NCBI GenBank assembly: GCA_005776365.1
Contig: SXPK01000002.1
Span: forward strand, 1 to 47,653
Direction of reading: 5' to 3'
DNA from: Planctomycetia bacterium
Lineage (GTDB): Bacteria > Planctomycetota > UBA1135 > UBA2386
Length of the DNA stretch: 47,653 nucleotides
Part shown: positions 41,319 to 47,653 of the stretch, piece after piece
Numbering within the stretch: position 1 is the first letter of the stretch
Layout of the letters: each line of letters opens with the position of its first letter
The notes under the pieces: generated by a model
What the model was told of the DNA's origin: nothing
Database searches by the model: none
The model's input: the letters and a program-made list of their open reading frames with translations, nothing else
Position numbers and translations under genes: made by a program

Positions 41319-42172
41319 TGGAGGCGGACCGCGAACGACTGCGCGCCGCGATGCTGCGGTCGCGCAAGGAGCATCAGGCGGAATCGTCGGAGCCAGCGGC
41401 GCCATCGACGGATCTCCGTTCCATGTTGCAGCGACGGCTCGAAGCGCGCCGTGAGGCGACGCCGCGCGTCGAGCTGCCGCCCGGCGAAGTCGCGACCAAT
41501 GCGCAAGGCACTTACTGGCGGCGCACGCTGCGCTATCCGCGCGAGCACGTGCACGGCAGAACGCCGCTCGCGGCTGCGCTTCGACTCGACGGCGAACGGC
41601 TCGGCCTGCTGGCCAAGGAGCCGCGGTTTGTGTCCTTGCACGCAAACGAGTGTCTGTTCTTCGACACCGAGACCACGGGCTTGTCAGGCGGGTCGGGCAC
41701 GATCGTCTTCAACGTTGGCCTCGGTTGGTTCGAGGACGAAGCCTTCGTGCTCGAGCAGTTGTTCTTGCGCGACTTCGATGAGGAGCCAGCCATGCTGCAG
41801 GCGGTGGCCGAACGCCTCATGCAGCGGCCCGTGCCGGTCAGCTATGTCGGCAAGACCTTTGATCGCCATCGCATCGCCGCGAGGCTCGCCGTGCACAAGC
41901 TCGCAGCGCCGATCCTGACCGACCGCCACCTCGACCTCTACTACGTGACGCGTCGCGCGTTCGGCAAGGACCTGCCGGATTGCAAGCTGCGCACGGTGGA
42001 GGAGCGGCGGCTCGGGCTCGTCCGCGACGACGACCTGCCGGGCAGCGAGGCGCCGGTTGCGTTCTTGCAGTGGATTCGCGACGGCCGCGGGCAGGTGGAC
42101 CGCGTGCTCGAGCACAACCGGCTCGATGTGCTCTCGCTCGCAGCGCTGCTCGGCGTGCTCGCCGGGCGCTGA
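41318..42172 (+). CDS. mrfB: RNase-H-fold DEDDh-type exonuclease (MrfB/YprB-like)
   Basis: The ATG at 41318 shares one base with the helicase TGA (TGATG). Exonuclease motifs are LFFDTETTGL, YVGKTFDRHRI and HNRLDVLSL. It lies immediately downstream of the MrfA-like helicase, as in the described yprA-yprB pair. Confidence 0.7.
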   Translation: MEADRERLRAAMLRSRKEHQAESSEPAAPSTDLRSMLQRRLEARREATPRVELPPGEVATNAQGTYWRRTLRYPREHVHGRTPLAAALRLDGERLGLLAKEPRFVSLHANECLFFDTETTGLSGGSGTIVFNVGLGWFEDEAFVLEQLFLRDFDEEPAMLQAVAERLMQRPVPVSYVGKTFDRHRIAARLAVHKLAAPILTDRHLDLYYVTRRAFGKDLPDCKLRTVEERRLGLVRDDDLPGSEAPVAFLQWIRDGRGQVDRVLEHNRLDVLSLAALLGVLAGR

Positions 42173-42206
42173 GCGCCTTCGACTCGCGAGCAAGGAAACT
42201 CGATGG

Positions 42207-42241
42207 TCCCGCAAGGGGACTGGATCTTGCGGGAAGATTTT
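42207..42241 (+). terminator. Rho-independent terminator-like hairpin downstream of mrfB
   Basis: The stem is TCCCGCAAG ... CTTGCGGGA (9 bp, with a 10-nt loop GGGACTGGAT). It is followed by AGATTTT. It lies 35 nt after the mrfB stop. Confidence 0.5.
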
Positions 42242-42548
42242 CGGAGCCCTGCGCCCTGACCGGGCTTTGGACACGCAGTGCGCTCCGACGCAGCCGCACT
42301 TGGCTCATGCGTTGGCGTGGGGACTTCCTGGCTGGCAATCCGTGGTGGCAAAGGTGCGCCAGCGGCCTTGGACCTCGCATCGCATATTTTCTCGAGCGCC
42401 TGGCGGCGATACCGAACAGGTTCGCGTCCCCCAAAGTCAGTTCTTGGGCAACACTATCCTGCGGGCCCTAGGTGCGGACTCACCTCGGATGCCCCAGTTA
42501 TCTGCCGGCCTCACTCCCCGGCTCATTGCTATCACTCGGAGACTCAGC

Positions 42549-44450
42549 ATGTTGCTCACACGTATCGTCACCGCCGGCGTTCTCGCCGGCATCTGCGCGG
42601 CCCAAGGCCAGGATCCCAGGACGTGGATCCAGTCGAACTACCCGCAGATCCGCATGGCCTCGATGGAAAACGTCATCGAGCAAGGAACCGCGGCAGGCCT
42701 CGCGCAGACGCCGCAGCAGCTGCTGGCGCTCAAGCGTTCGCTGCGCCAACTGCAGGGCAAGGATCGTCAGATCCTGCCGATGTTCCGCCAGCCTTCGCTC
42801 GGACCCACGACCGGCGACTTGCCGCGCTTCTCGATCGACAACGCGGTCGAGCACGAGGCCAACGACGGGTGGCAGTGGGCTGACGACATGGGCGGCTTTG
42901 CTGCATCGGGCAACTGCGCTGAGATCAATGACGTCGACAGCTGGAAGTTCAATGCCGCGCTGAGCGGGTTCTACACCTTTGAGGTGAAGGCCTCGGGCAC
43001 GTTCCCGATCGCCGACTCCTGGCTCGTGCTGCGCAACCACAAGGGCGACGCGATCGTCATCGACGACAACGGCGCCGGCACCAACCTGTCGCGCATCAGC
43101 GTCTACTTGCCGGCTGGCGTCTACTATCTCGACGTCTCCGGCTACCAGGGCACGGGCGGCGGAGCGTATGAGCTCGTCGCGACGCGCGAAAACGTCAACC
43201 TCGTTCCGCTGACCGTCGCCGGCGCAACCGGCATGACGCGGATCCCCGGGAGCGATTCGACGCATGACGTGTTCTCGTTCACGGTGGCTGACAGCCGGCT
43301 GCTCGTCGAGGTCCTCTCGGCGGTAGCGGCGACGGACACTGCGCTCGTCGTGCAACGTGCCGACGGCGGCATCGTGTTTGCCAATGACGACAGCTACTGG
43401 GGCGGCCTCGACGCCGGCGCCGACATCGACCTGCCGGCTGGCGACTACTTCCTCTACGTCTGGAACTCGCGCGGCCTCGCGGACACGGCCTTCTCGCTGA
43501 CCTTCGACCCGCTGCCGATGACGTTCGGCAACATCGCGACGCTGGGCGCCGCAACCGATTTCATCCTCGGCGCAGAGTCGATGCGCCTCGTGCGCATGGA
43601 TCTCCTCTCGGCGACGCACGTCACGCTGCAGGCCGGCGATTCGATTCCGACGCCAATCCTCGACACCAACGTCGCGCTGCTCGATCGCGATCTCGACTAC
43701 GTGCTCGACGTCGAAGACGGCCTCCTGGCCGGCCCGACCGACTACCACGGTCGCATCTCCATGAGCCTGCCCGCGGGTCAATACTGGGTTGCGGTCACGC
43801 CCTTCCTCGGCAGCTGGGGCGACTACTCGCTGAGCTGCACGACGTCGCCCTACGCGCCGACTGCCTCGGCCAGCCTTGGCACGACCACGGCCGCGATCGC
43901 CGGCTTCGGTGATGTCAACACCTACGTCCTCGAGAACGGCACGCAGGCGAGCGTTCAAGTTCGCGGCACCGACTTCTACTTCGGCATCCTCGGCCCGGAC
44001 GGCGAGGTCGCGACCAACACGCTGGCGGGCTTGAACCACCCGCAGGCTGGCGAACTGCCGCGCGGCAGCTGCACGATCTTCACCTTCGATCGCTTCGACT
44101 ACTCGGGCGTCATGGGCGTCCGCGTCGTCCCACCGCTCTACCTCGCGGATGACGGCATCACCGTCATGACGCGTGCGAAGGACGGCGACGATGTGTGGAT
44201 GTTCGCAAACTTCCAGGGCATGACGGCTGGCTACAACTTCAACGCGGGCGACCGCGGCTACCTGTGCCTGCCGATGGACTCCCTGCTACTGACGATCGAC
44301 AACCGCCGCGCCACGGCGACGGGAACCGCCGCATGGTTCACGCTGCCTTTCGGACTGACGGGCATCGATCTGCAGACCGGCGATGTGCACAACGGCATCA
44401 GCTGGCCAGCGCCTGCCTTCGCGACCTGGCGCAACGTGTTCTCCTTCTGA
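42549..44450 (+). CDS. Secreted protein with about four repeated PPC-like (bacterial pre-peptidase C-terminal-like) beta-sandwich modules
   Basis: The start is at in-frame ATG 42549 (MLLTRIVTAGVLAGICAAQG signal peptide). The first module has the DVDxxxF hallmark (INDVDSWKFNA...LPAGVYYLDVSGY...YELVAT). Later modules repeat LPAGDYFLYVWN and LPAGQYWVAVTP. No catalytic domain is recognisable. The protein ends in ...WRNVFSF. Confidence 0.6.
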   Translation: MLLTRIVTAGVLAGICAAQGQDPRTWIQSNYPQIRMASMENVIEQGTAAGLAQTPQQLLALKRSLRQLQGKDRQILPMFRQPSLGPTTGDLPRFSIDNAVEHEANDGWQWADDMGGFAASGNCAEINDVDSWKFNAALSGFYTFEVKASGTFPIADSWLVLRNHKGDAIVIDDNGAGTNLSRISVYLPAGVYYLDVSGYQGTGGGAYELVATRENVNLVPLTVAGATGMTRIPGSDSTHDVFSFTVADSRLLVEVLSAVAATDTALVVQRADGGIVFANDDSYWGGLDAGADIDLPAGDYFLYVWNSRGLADTAFSLTFDPLPMTFGNIATLGAATDFILGAESMRLVRMDLLSATHVTLQAGDSIPTPILDTNVALLDRDLDYVLDVEDGLLAGPTDYHGRISMSLPAGQYWVAVTPFLGSWGDYSLSCTTSPYAPTASASLGTTTAAIAGFGDVNTYVLENGTQASVQVRGTDFYFGILGPDGEVATNTLAGLNHPQAGELPRGSCTIFTFDRFDYSGVMGVRVVPPLYLADDGITVMTRAKDGDDVWMFANFQGMTAGYNFNAGDRGYLCLPMDSLLLTIDNRRATATGTAAWFTLPFGLTGIDLQTGDVHNGISWPAPAFATWRNVFSF

Positions 44451-44567
44451 GGAAGGCGCGGCGGCTCCGCAAGTCGCGGCGCCCGGTCTCCAACGGACGG
44501 AGTCATTCCACCGTCCGCCCAGTCCAACGCTGAGCTTCGCGCTCGCGTGAGCCGCATCCGCGCTTCC

Positions 44568-44606
44568 AGCCGCGTTCTCACAAACGCGGCTATCTTCGTT
44601 TTTGTC
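44568..44606 (+). terminator. Rho-independent terminator downstream of the PPC-repeat gene
   Basis: The stem is AGCCGCGT-TCTCACAA-ACGCGGCT (8 bp), followed by ATCTTCGTTTTTGTC. It lies in the convergent gap between the 42549-44450 (plus) and 44618-45118 (minus) genes. Confidence 0.55.
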
Positions 44607-44617
44607 GCGCAGGTCCT

Positions 44618-45118
44618 TCAGAGCCGCGCGCGCACGCGCCGCCAATAACCGAGCGTGGCATCCTTGGTCGGGCCCAATGGTCCGCCGTTGTGCACGCGCG
44701 CAACCGTCATCGCGTCGCCGCCTTCCCACGCCGCCTTGGCATGGCGCAGCATGTATGCGGCGATGACCCGCTCCGCGTAATCGCGGTTGCGGCAGTCCTC
44801 GTAGGTCCCACCCAGCGCCGGATCGCCGCCTTGCGCGTCGAGCCAGTAGACGAAGTGGATCTGATAGGGGCCGATGGCGCGGCCTTCGTCACCGTCTGGC
44901 GGGTCGTCGATACCACCGCTTTCGACGTGCCAGATCGCATCCAGGATCTCCCGCACCGGCCACGAGCGCGAGCCGCCGTCGACTTGTGTGGTCAGCAGCA
45001 GCAGCGACAGCAAGAAGGGGAGAAAGGCAGTGAAGAACGCTCGGCAGGCGGGAGCTTCGATGGCTCCAAGCCCGCGCCCCTGGGTGGGCAGCGCACGCCA
45101 GCGTGGATCCTTGCTCAC
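44618..45118 (-). CDS. Lytic transglycosylase (SLT/lysozyme-like) domain protein with an N-terminal membrane anchor
   Basis: The start is inferred at GTG 45118, a GTGA overlap with the stop of the CNNM gene. There is one TM helix (FFTAFLPFLLSLLLLTT). SLT-type motifs are WHVESGG (catalytic Glu-Ser), AIGPYQI and VHNGGP. The rest of the 567-aa track ORF is out-of-frame shadow over the CNNM gene. Confidence 0.65.
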   Translation of the reverse strand: MSKDPRWRALPTQGRGLGAIEAPACRAFFTAFLPFLLSLLLLTTQVDGGSRSWPVREILDAIWHVESGGIDDPPDGDEGRAIGPYQIHFVYWLDAQGGDPALGGTYEDCRNRDYAERVIAAYMLRHAKAAWEGGDAMTVARVHNGGPLGPTKDATLGYWRRVRARL

Positions 45119-46371
45119 GTCATCTCCGTCGCTGGCTCTGACGCGGTCTGGCTGACAGGCATGATGCGAACGCGCTCGGCGCGGCGGTTGTTGGCCTTGG
45201 TCACCACGAACCGATAGCCGCTGAACTCGACTTCGGCGCCAGCCCATGGCACGTCGCCGAGTTGTTCGGCGAGGAAGCCGGACACTGTCGTGCTCTCGGT
45301 CTCGACTTGGTGGAGTCCGAGCTTCGAGAACACCTTGCGCGTCTCCGCTTGCCCTCGGCACAGCATCGAGCCGTCCGGCCTGGCCACGAGTTGGGTCTCG
45401 TCCGCGTCGAGTTCGTCTTGGATCTCGCCGACGATCTCCTCGAGCACGTCTTCCATCGTCACGATGCCTTGGATCGCGCCGTATTCGTCGACGACGAAGG
45501 CCATGTGGCGTTGTTCTCGCTGCATGCTGCGCAGCAGGTAGTTGAGCTTCTGGGTTTCCGGCACGAACAGCAGCGGCAGCAGCAGATCTTCCCAGTCGGG
45601 TTCTTTCTGCGTCCGCAGGTGGAACAGCAGTTCTTTGGTCAGCACGAAGCCTCTCGCGCCATCGAGGTCGCCGGTCGGCGTGAACGGGAAGCGGCTGTGG
45701 CCAGTGCGTTGCAGCGTGTCGAGCGTTTCGTGCAGCGGCCTCTGGCCCGACAAGAAGGCGACGCGGTGCCGCGGGACCATCACGTCGCGCACGCGGCGGT
45801 CGCGGAGCCGCGTTGCGTTGGCAATGATGTCGGCCGTCAACGAACCAAAGGCGCCCTGCGCGTGGCCCGCCGTCGCGAGCAGTCGGATCTCCTCCAACGA
45901 GTGTTCGTGGTTGCCCTTGGACTGGCCGATGAACCGCGACAGGATCCGAGTCACGAACAAGAAGGGTCGCAGCAACAGCACCATCGCCTCGATGAGATGC
46001 GCGACCGGCACCGCCAGCGCGTTGGCGTGCACCACGCCGATGGTCTTGGGCGTGATCTCGCTGAAGAGCAGCACCGTGACCGTGAAGGTCACCACGAACC
46101 ACATTTCCTTGGCGCCCGGGAACGCCTCGCCGAAGCTCGCGCCGGCGACGGCCGCGCCGGCCGTGTTGGCGACGGTATTGAGAACCAGGATCGCAGCGAT
46201 CGGCCGGTCGGGTTGGGCCTTGAAGCCGCGCAGGATCTGGCCGGCCCGGCGGCCCTGTTTGAGGATGGCTTCGATGCGCGCCGGCGTGACGCTCAGCAGC
46301 GTCGTTTCGGACAGCGAGCACACGAATGACACGGCCAGCGCGAAGCAGACGGATAGGGCGAAGAGGAGCAT
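45115..46371 (-). CDS. CNNM/CorC-HlyC family transporter (DUF21 TM domain, CBS pair and CorC_HlyC domain)
   Basis: The start is at in-frame ATG 46371 (MLLFALSVCFALAVSFVCSLSETTLLSV...). The DUF21 motif is PKTIGV. The CBS-pair region is RVRDVMVPRHRVAFL...VDEYGAIQGIVTMEDVLEEIVGEI. A C-terminal transporter-associated domain follows. Confidence 0.85.
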   Translation of the reverse strand: MLLFALSVCFALAVSFVCSLSETTLLSVTPARIEAILKQGRRAGQILRGFKAQPDRPIAAILVLNTVANTAGAAVAGASFGEAFPGAKEMWFVVTFTVTVLLFSEITPKTIGVVHANALAVPVAHLIEAMVLLLRPFLFVTRILSRFIGQSKGNHEHSLEEIRLLATAGHAQGAFGSLTADIIANATRLRDRRVRDVMVPRHRVAFLSGQRPLHETLDTLQRTGHSRFPFTPTGDLDGARGFVLTKELLFHLRTQKEPDWEDLLLPLLFVPETQKLNYLLRSMQREQRHMAFVVDEYGAIQGIVTMEDVLEEIVGEIQDELDADETQLVARPDGSMLCRGQAETRKVFSKLGLHQVETESTTVSGFLAEQLGDVPWAGAEVEFSGYRFVVTKANNRRAERVRIMPVSQTASEPATEMT

Positions 46372-46680
46372 CGTGGGTGGGCGTGAGGCCCAGAAGCCGC
46401 GGAAGGGTAACGGTGGCGGCGGGGGATCGCAGCAGGAGAACCCTGCGGGGTGGGCGGCGGTGCGCGGTTGTTGGTGGCAGGCAGATCTCGCCGTGCCGCA
46501 GTCATTGCGCCTCGCATCGCCTCGGGCTTGGTGCCGCGTCGTGTGCGGCCAAGCCCAACTCGACACATCCTGCGGCTAGCCCCTCCCGGCAGCGCTACTG
46601 AGCCCTACCTGAAATTGCGGCTGCCCGATCGAAACACCTTGGTCATGGTGCCCCCTTGCGACCCGGGCGAAGACCGCCAC

Positions 46681-46722
46681 GAGCCGGTTCCCTCCCCGAG
46701 GGCCCCGGCTCGCTGCGTTTTT
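46681..46722. terminator. Compound GC-rich hairpin just downstream of the fadE stop
   Basis: The outer stem is GAGCCGG..CCGGCTC, enclosing the inner stem CCCTC-CCC-GAGGG. A T5 run (46718-46722) lies on the plus-strand side and an A-run precedes the hairpin on the fadE (minus) transcript. It probably acts as the fadE terminator without a U-tract. Confidence 0.45.
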
Positions 46723-46738
46723 CAACCCAACTGCTCGC

Positions 46739-47653
46739 TCAGCCGCGCGCGCAGACCGTCATGCCGCCAACCTCCGGCGCGACCGCCGTGCGTTGGTATT
46801 CCTCGAGCGTGAACGAGTCGACCGCGACGGCTTCGGCGCGGGCCGCCTCGGCTTCGCGCGCGAGCTTGCGCTCCTCGTCGGTCAACAAGCCGATCTCGCA
46901 CGCGCGATCCAGTAGTTGCTCGGGGCGCGCCTTTGGCAAGCGGCCAGCCTTGACGCCGTCCTTGAGCTTCTTGTGCACGGGCTCGACGTCGAGCGAGAGT
47001 TGCAACGCGCGCTCGAGGCGGCCGAGCGCGGACGTGGACGACGCTGGGATGTGCATCGCGGGCGTCAAGCGATCGCGTTGCGCAGACGGCTGCAGCAGCG
47101 TGCGTGCGACCTTGCCGCCAACGCGGTCGTTGGGCATCGAGCCGATCGAGTTGAGGCGCGACAGCCAGGCGAGCGGGCCGCGCAGGGCCCATGTGAGGCC
47201 AGGCACCTGCAGGTTCTCGAATAGCCCGTCGAAGGCCTGCTGAATGCGCGCAAACGCGTAGTCCATGCTCCACTGCAGCAGCGGCAGGTCCTCTGGCTTG
47301 CGCCCTTCGGCTTCGAAGCGGCGGAGCACCGCGGTGCCGAAATACATCCAGCTGAAGGCATCGGCGTAGCGGCCGGTGATCTTCTCCTTCCGCTTCAGGT
47401 TGCCGCCGAGCGTGCCCATCGCGACATCCGCCCAGAACGCGAACTTGGCCGAGCACCAGCTGAGCTTCTTCCAGTAGGGCTTGGCCGGTCCGCCGACGGG
47501 CGACTGCGCGATCGCGCCGCGGGTGAGACCGAGCAGCATGGCGCGCACGCCGTTCTTGGCGACGTGGCCAACGTGGCCCCAGAGGCTCTTGTCGAAAGCC
47601 TTGACGTCGTTGTTGCCGAGCGCCTCGATCTCTTTGTAGGCATAAGGGTGGCA
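46739..47653 (-). CDS. fadE: Acyl-CoA dehydrogenase FadE, C-terminal part only (N-terminus beyond the right edge)
   Basis: The frame of track ORF 46739-47548 stays open to the window end. Translation of the last bases gives HPYAYKEIEALGNNDVKAFDKSLWGHVGHVAKNGVRAMLLGLTRG. This and the following KRKEKITGRYAD...LHKKLK-like region match the FadE C-terminal (DUF1974) domain as I remember it from E. coli. Confidence 0.85.
   Translation of the reverse strand, partial: CHPYAYKEIEALGNNDVKAFDKSLWGHVGHVAKNGVRAMLLGLTRGAIAQSPVGGPAKPYWKKLSWCSAKFAFWADVAMGTLGGNLKRKEKITGRYADAFSWMYFGTAVLRRFEAEGRKPEDLPLLQWSMDYAFARIQQAFDGLFENLQVPGLTWALRGPLAWLSRLNSIGSMPNDRVGGKVARTLLQPSAQRDRLTPAMHIPASSTSALGRLERALQLSLDVEPVHKKLKDGVKAGRLPKARPEQLLDRACEIGLLTDEERKLAREAEAARAEAVAVDSFTLEEYQRTAVAPEVGGMTVCARG

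Noticed and set aside
44618-46321. A 567-aa minus-strand ORF.
   Set aside because: Everything upstream of GTG 45118 is Arg/Gly/Pro-rich shadow sequence. It overlaps the CNNM transporter gene, which sits in another frame on the same strand. Only the last 166 codons, the SLT domain, are credible.
1-47653. I searched for tRNA/rRNA genes, CRISPR arrays, IS elements or transposases, integrases, prophage genes and classic defence cassettes.
   Set aside because: No cloverleaf-like or T-loop (GGTTCGAATCC-type) sequences occur in the intergenic regions. There are no regularly spaced direct repeats. No transposase, integrase or recombinase-like ORFs are present, and no restriction-modification, toxin-antitoxin or Cas-like proteins were recognised. 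The window looks like core chromosome.

Overview
Very GC-rich bacterial chromosomal window. Third codon positions are almost all G/C, so every real gene is shadowed by long Arg/Ala/Pro-rich ORFs in other frames, and several ORF-track entries are artificial 5' extensions or fusions. I call 35 protein-coding genes, 2 of them cut by the window edges. I found no rRNA, tRNA, CRISPR array, transposase or integrase. Genes are tightly packed, with many 4-nt ATGA/GTGA start/stop overlaps.

Gene order:
- 1-7427 (minus): RND efflux operon of an adaptor lipoprotein plus two tandem RND pumps. The second pump is absent from the ORF track because it runs off the left edge.
- 7513-10403 (plus): moeA and lnt.
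- 10595-18437 (plus): a TM/coiled-coil protein and a 52-aa membrane peptide, followed by a complete mreB-mreC-mreD-mrdA(PBP2)-rodA elongasome operon.
- 18453-30398 (minus): a long co-directional block. It reads outer-membrane beta-barrel, Pro/Arg-rich 4-TM protein, HAMP histidine kinase, sigma54 NtrC-type regulator, and a candidate -24/-12 promoter. Then comes an operon encoding a Cys-X5-Arg phosphatase-fold/cytochrome c-prime fusion lipoprotein, a ferric-type ABC importer (SBP, double permease, TOBE ATPase), a pentahaem cytochrome c and a HEAT-repeat lipoprotein.
- 30461-32794 (minus): a GIDE-like/LemA fusion and a VanX-type D-Ala-D-Ala dipeptidase.
- 33058-34050 (plus): a secreted double WCGWC thioredoxin-fold protein.
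- 34069-37710 (minus): a GAF/4-Cys protein, an alpha/alpha-toroid (prenyltransferase-repeat-like) secreted protein and an SGNH hydrolase.
- 37886-44450 (plus): a GT-like gene, the mrfA/mrfB-type helicase (DUF1998/MZB) plus RNase-H-fold exonuclease pair, and a secreted protein with repeated PPC-like domains.
- 44618-46371 (minus): a CNNM/CorC transporter translationally coupled to an SLT-type lytic transglycosylase.
- 46739-47653 (minus): the 3' end of fadE.

The gene content (secreted toroid protein, HEAT plus multihaem cytochromes, many lipoproteins) suggests a Planctomycetota-like organism. This is inference only.

The best candidate for an undescribed system is the sigma54/two-component-controlled periplasmic haem/iron operon at about 18.4-28.6 kb. 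All family assignments rest on motifs I recognised by eye and need HMM or structure confirmation.
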